A program made the translations under genes and the position numbers. This document shows, piece by piece, positions 47,283 to 47,396 of a stretch of 47,396 nt of DNA (position 1 is the first letter of the stretch; each line of letters begins with the position of its first letter). This DNA comes from Thermoplasmata archaeon. Its GTDB lineage: Archaea; Thermoplasmatota; Thermoplasmata; GCA-020350865. The stretch is from positions 3,318,841 through 3,366,236 of the forward strand of contig CP070751.1 in the NCBI GenBank assembly GCA_020348445.1, read 5' to 3'. The notes under the pieces are model-generated. The model made no database searches and had not been told where the DNA came from. It saw only the letters and a list, made by a program, of their open reading frames with translations.

Positions 47283-47396
47283 TCAGGAACAATAACCTTA
47301 GTTGTAAAGGATGATGACAACATACGGTTAGGGATTGGGCAAGGTATAGATTCTTTTGTTATATGATAATGTATCCTCACTAAAAACCGCGTTTCT

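Noticed and set aside
43526-47396. Prophage/provirus call
   Set aside because: No integrase, capsid, terminase or att site is visible; only a fibre-like repeat protein.

Overview
Archaeal chromosomal window, most likely an anaerobic Thermoplasmatota member. That placement is inferred from GGAGGTGA/GGGGTGA RBSs, TATA-type promoters, tetraether synthase, a long-type FKBP, a Rab-like GTPase and tandem-wHTH proteins. From left to right it holds: a giant K/E coiled-coil protein (5'-truncated); a glycosylation/eIF2B-like/GNAT/SHMT-like run; a tungsten aldehyde oxidoreductase (AOR) locus; FKBP; a tnpA-only IS200/IS605 element; a small-GTPase cassette; GT4, tes and a B12 radical SAM; a cluster of surface proteins with a membrane-anchored regulator; mobB-moeA-M28 peptidase; a 1709-aa TPR/helical protein; and an AT-rich end with a fibre-like gene lacking its 5' start. 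Two systems stand out. (1) An AOR gene split exactly at its domain boundary by a NuoE/NuoF/NuoG-N (HydABC/Bfu/BamGHI-like) module, with the AOR C-half fused to the Fe-S subunit: a candidate new architecture of NAD-linked, possibly electron-bifurcating, W-oxidoreductase. (2) A transmembrane one-component tandem-wHTH regulator whose own promoter and the promoters of two neighbouring surface-protein genes all carry GTTCCAA exactly 5 nt upstream of the TATA box. No rRNA, tRNA or CRISPR array was seen. All family assignments come from motif reading, not database searches.
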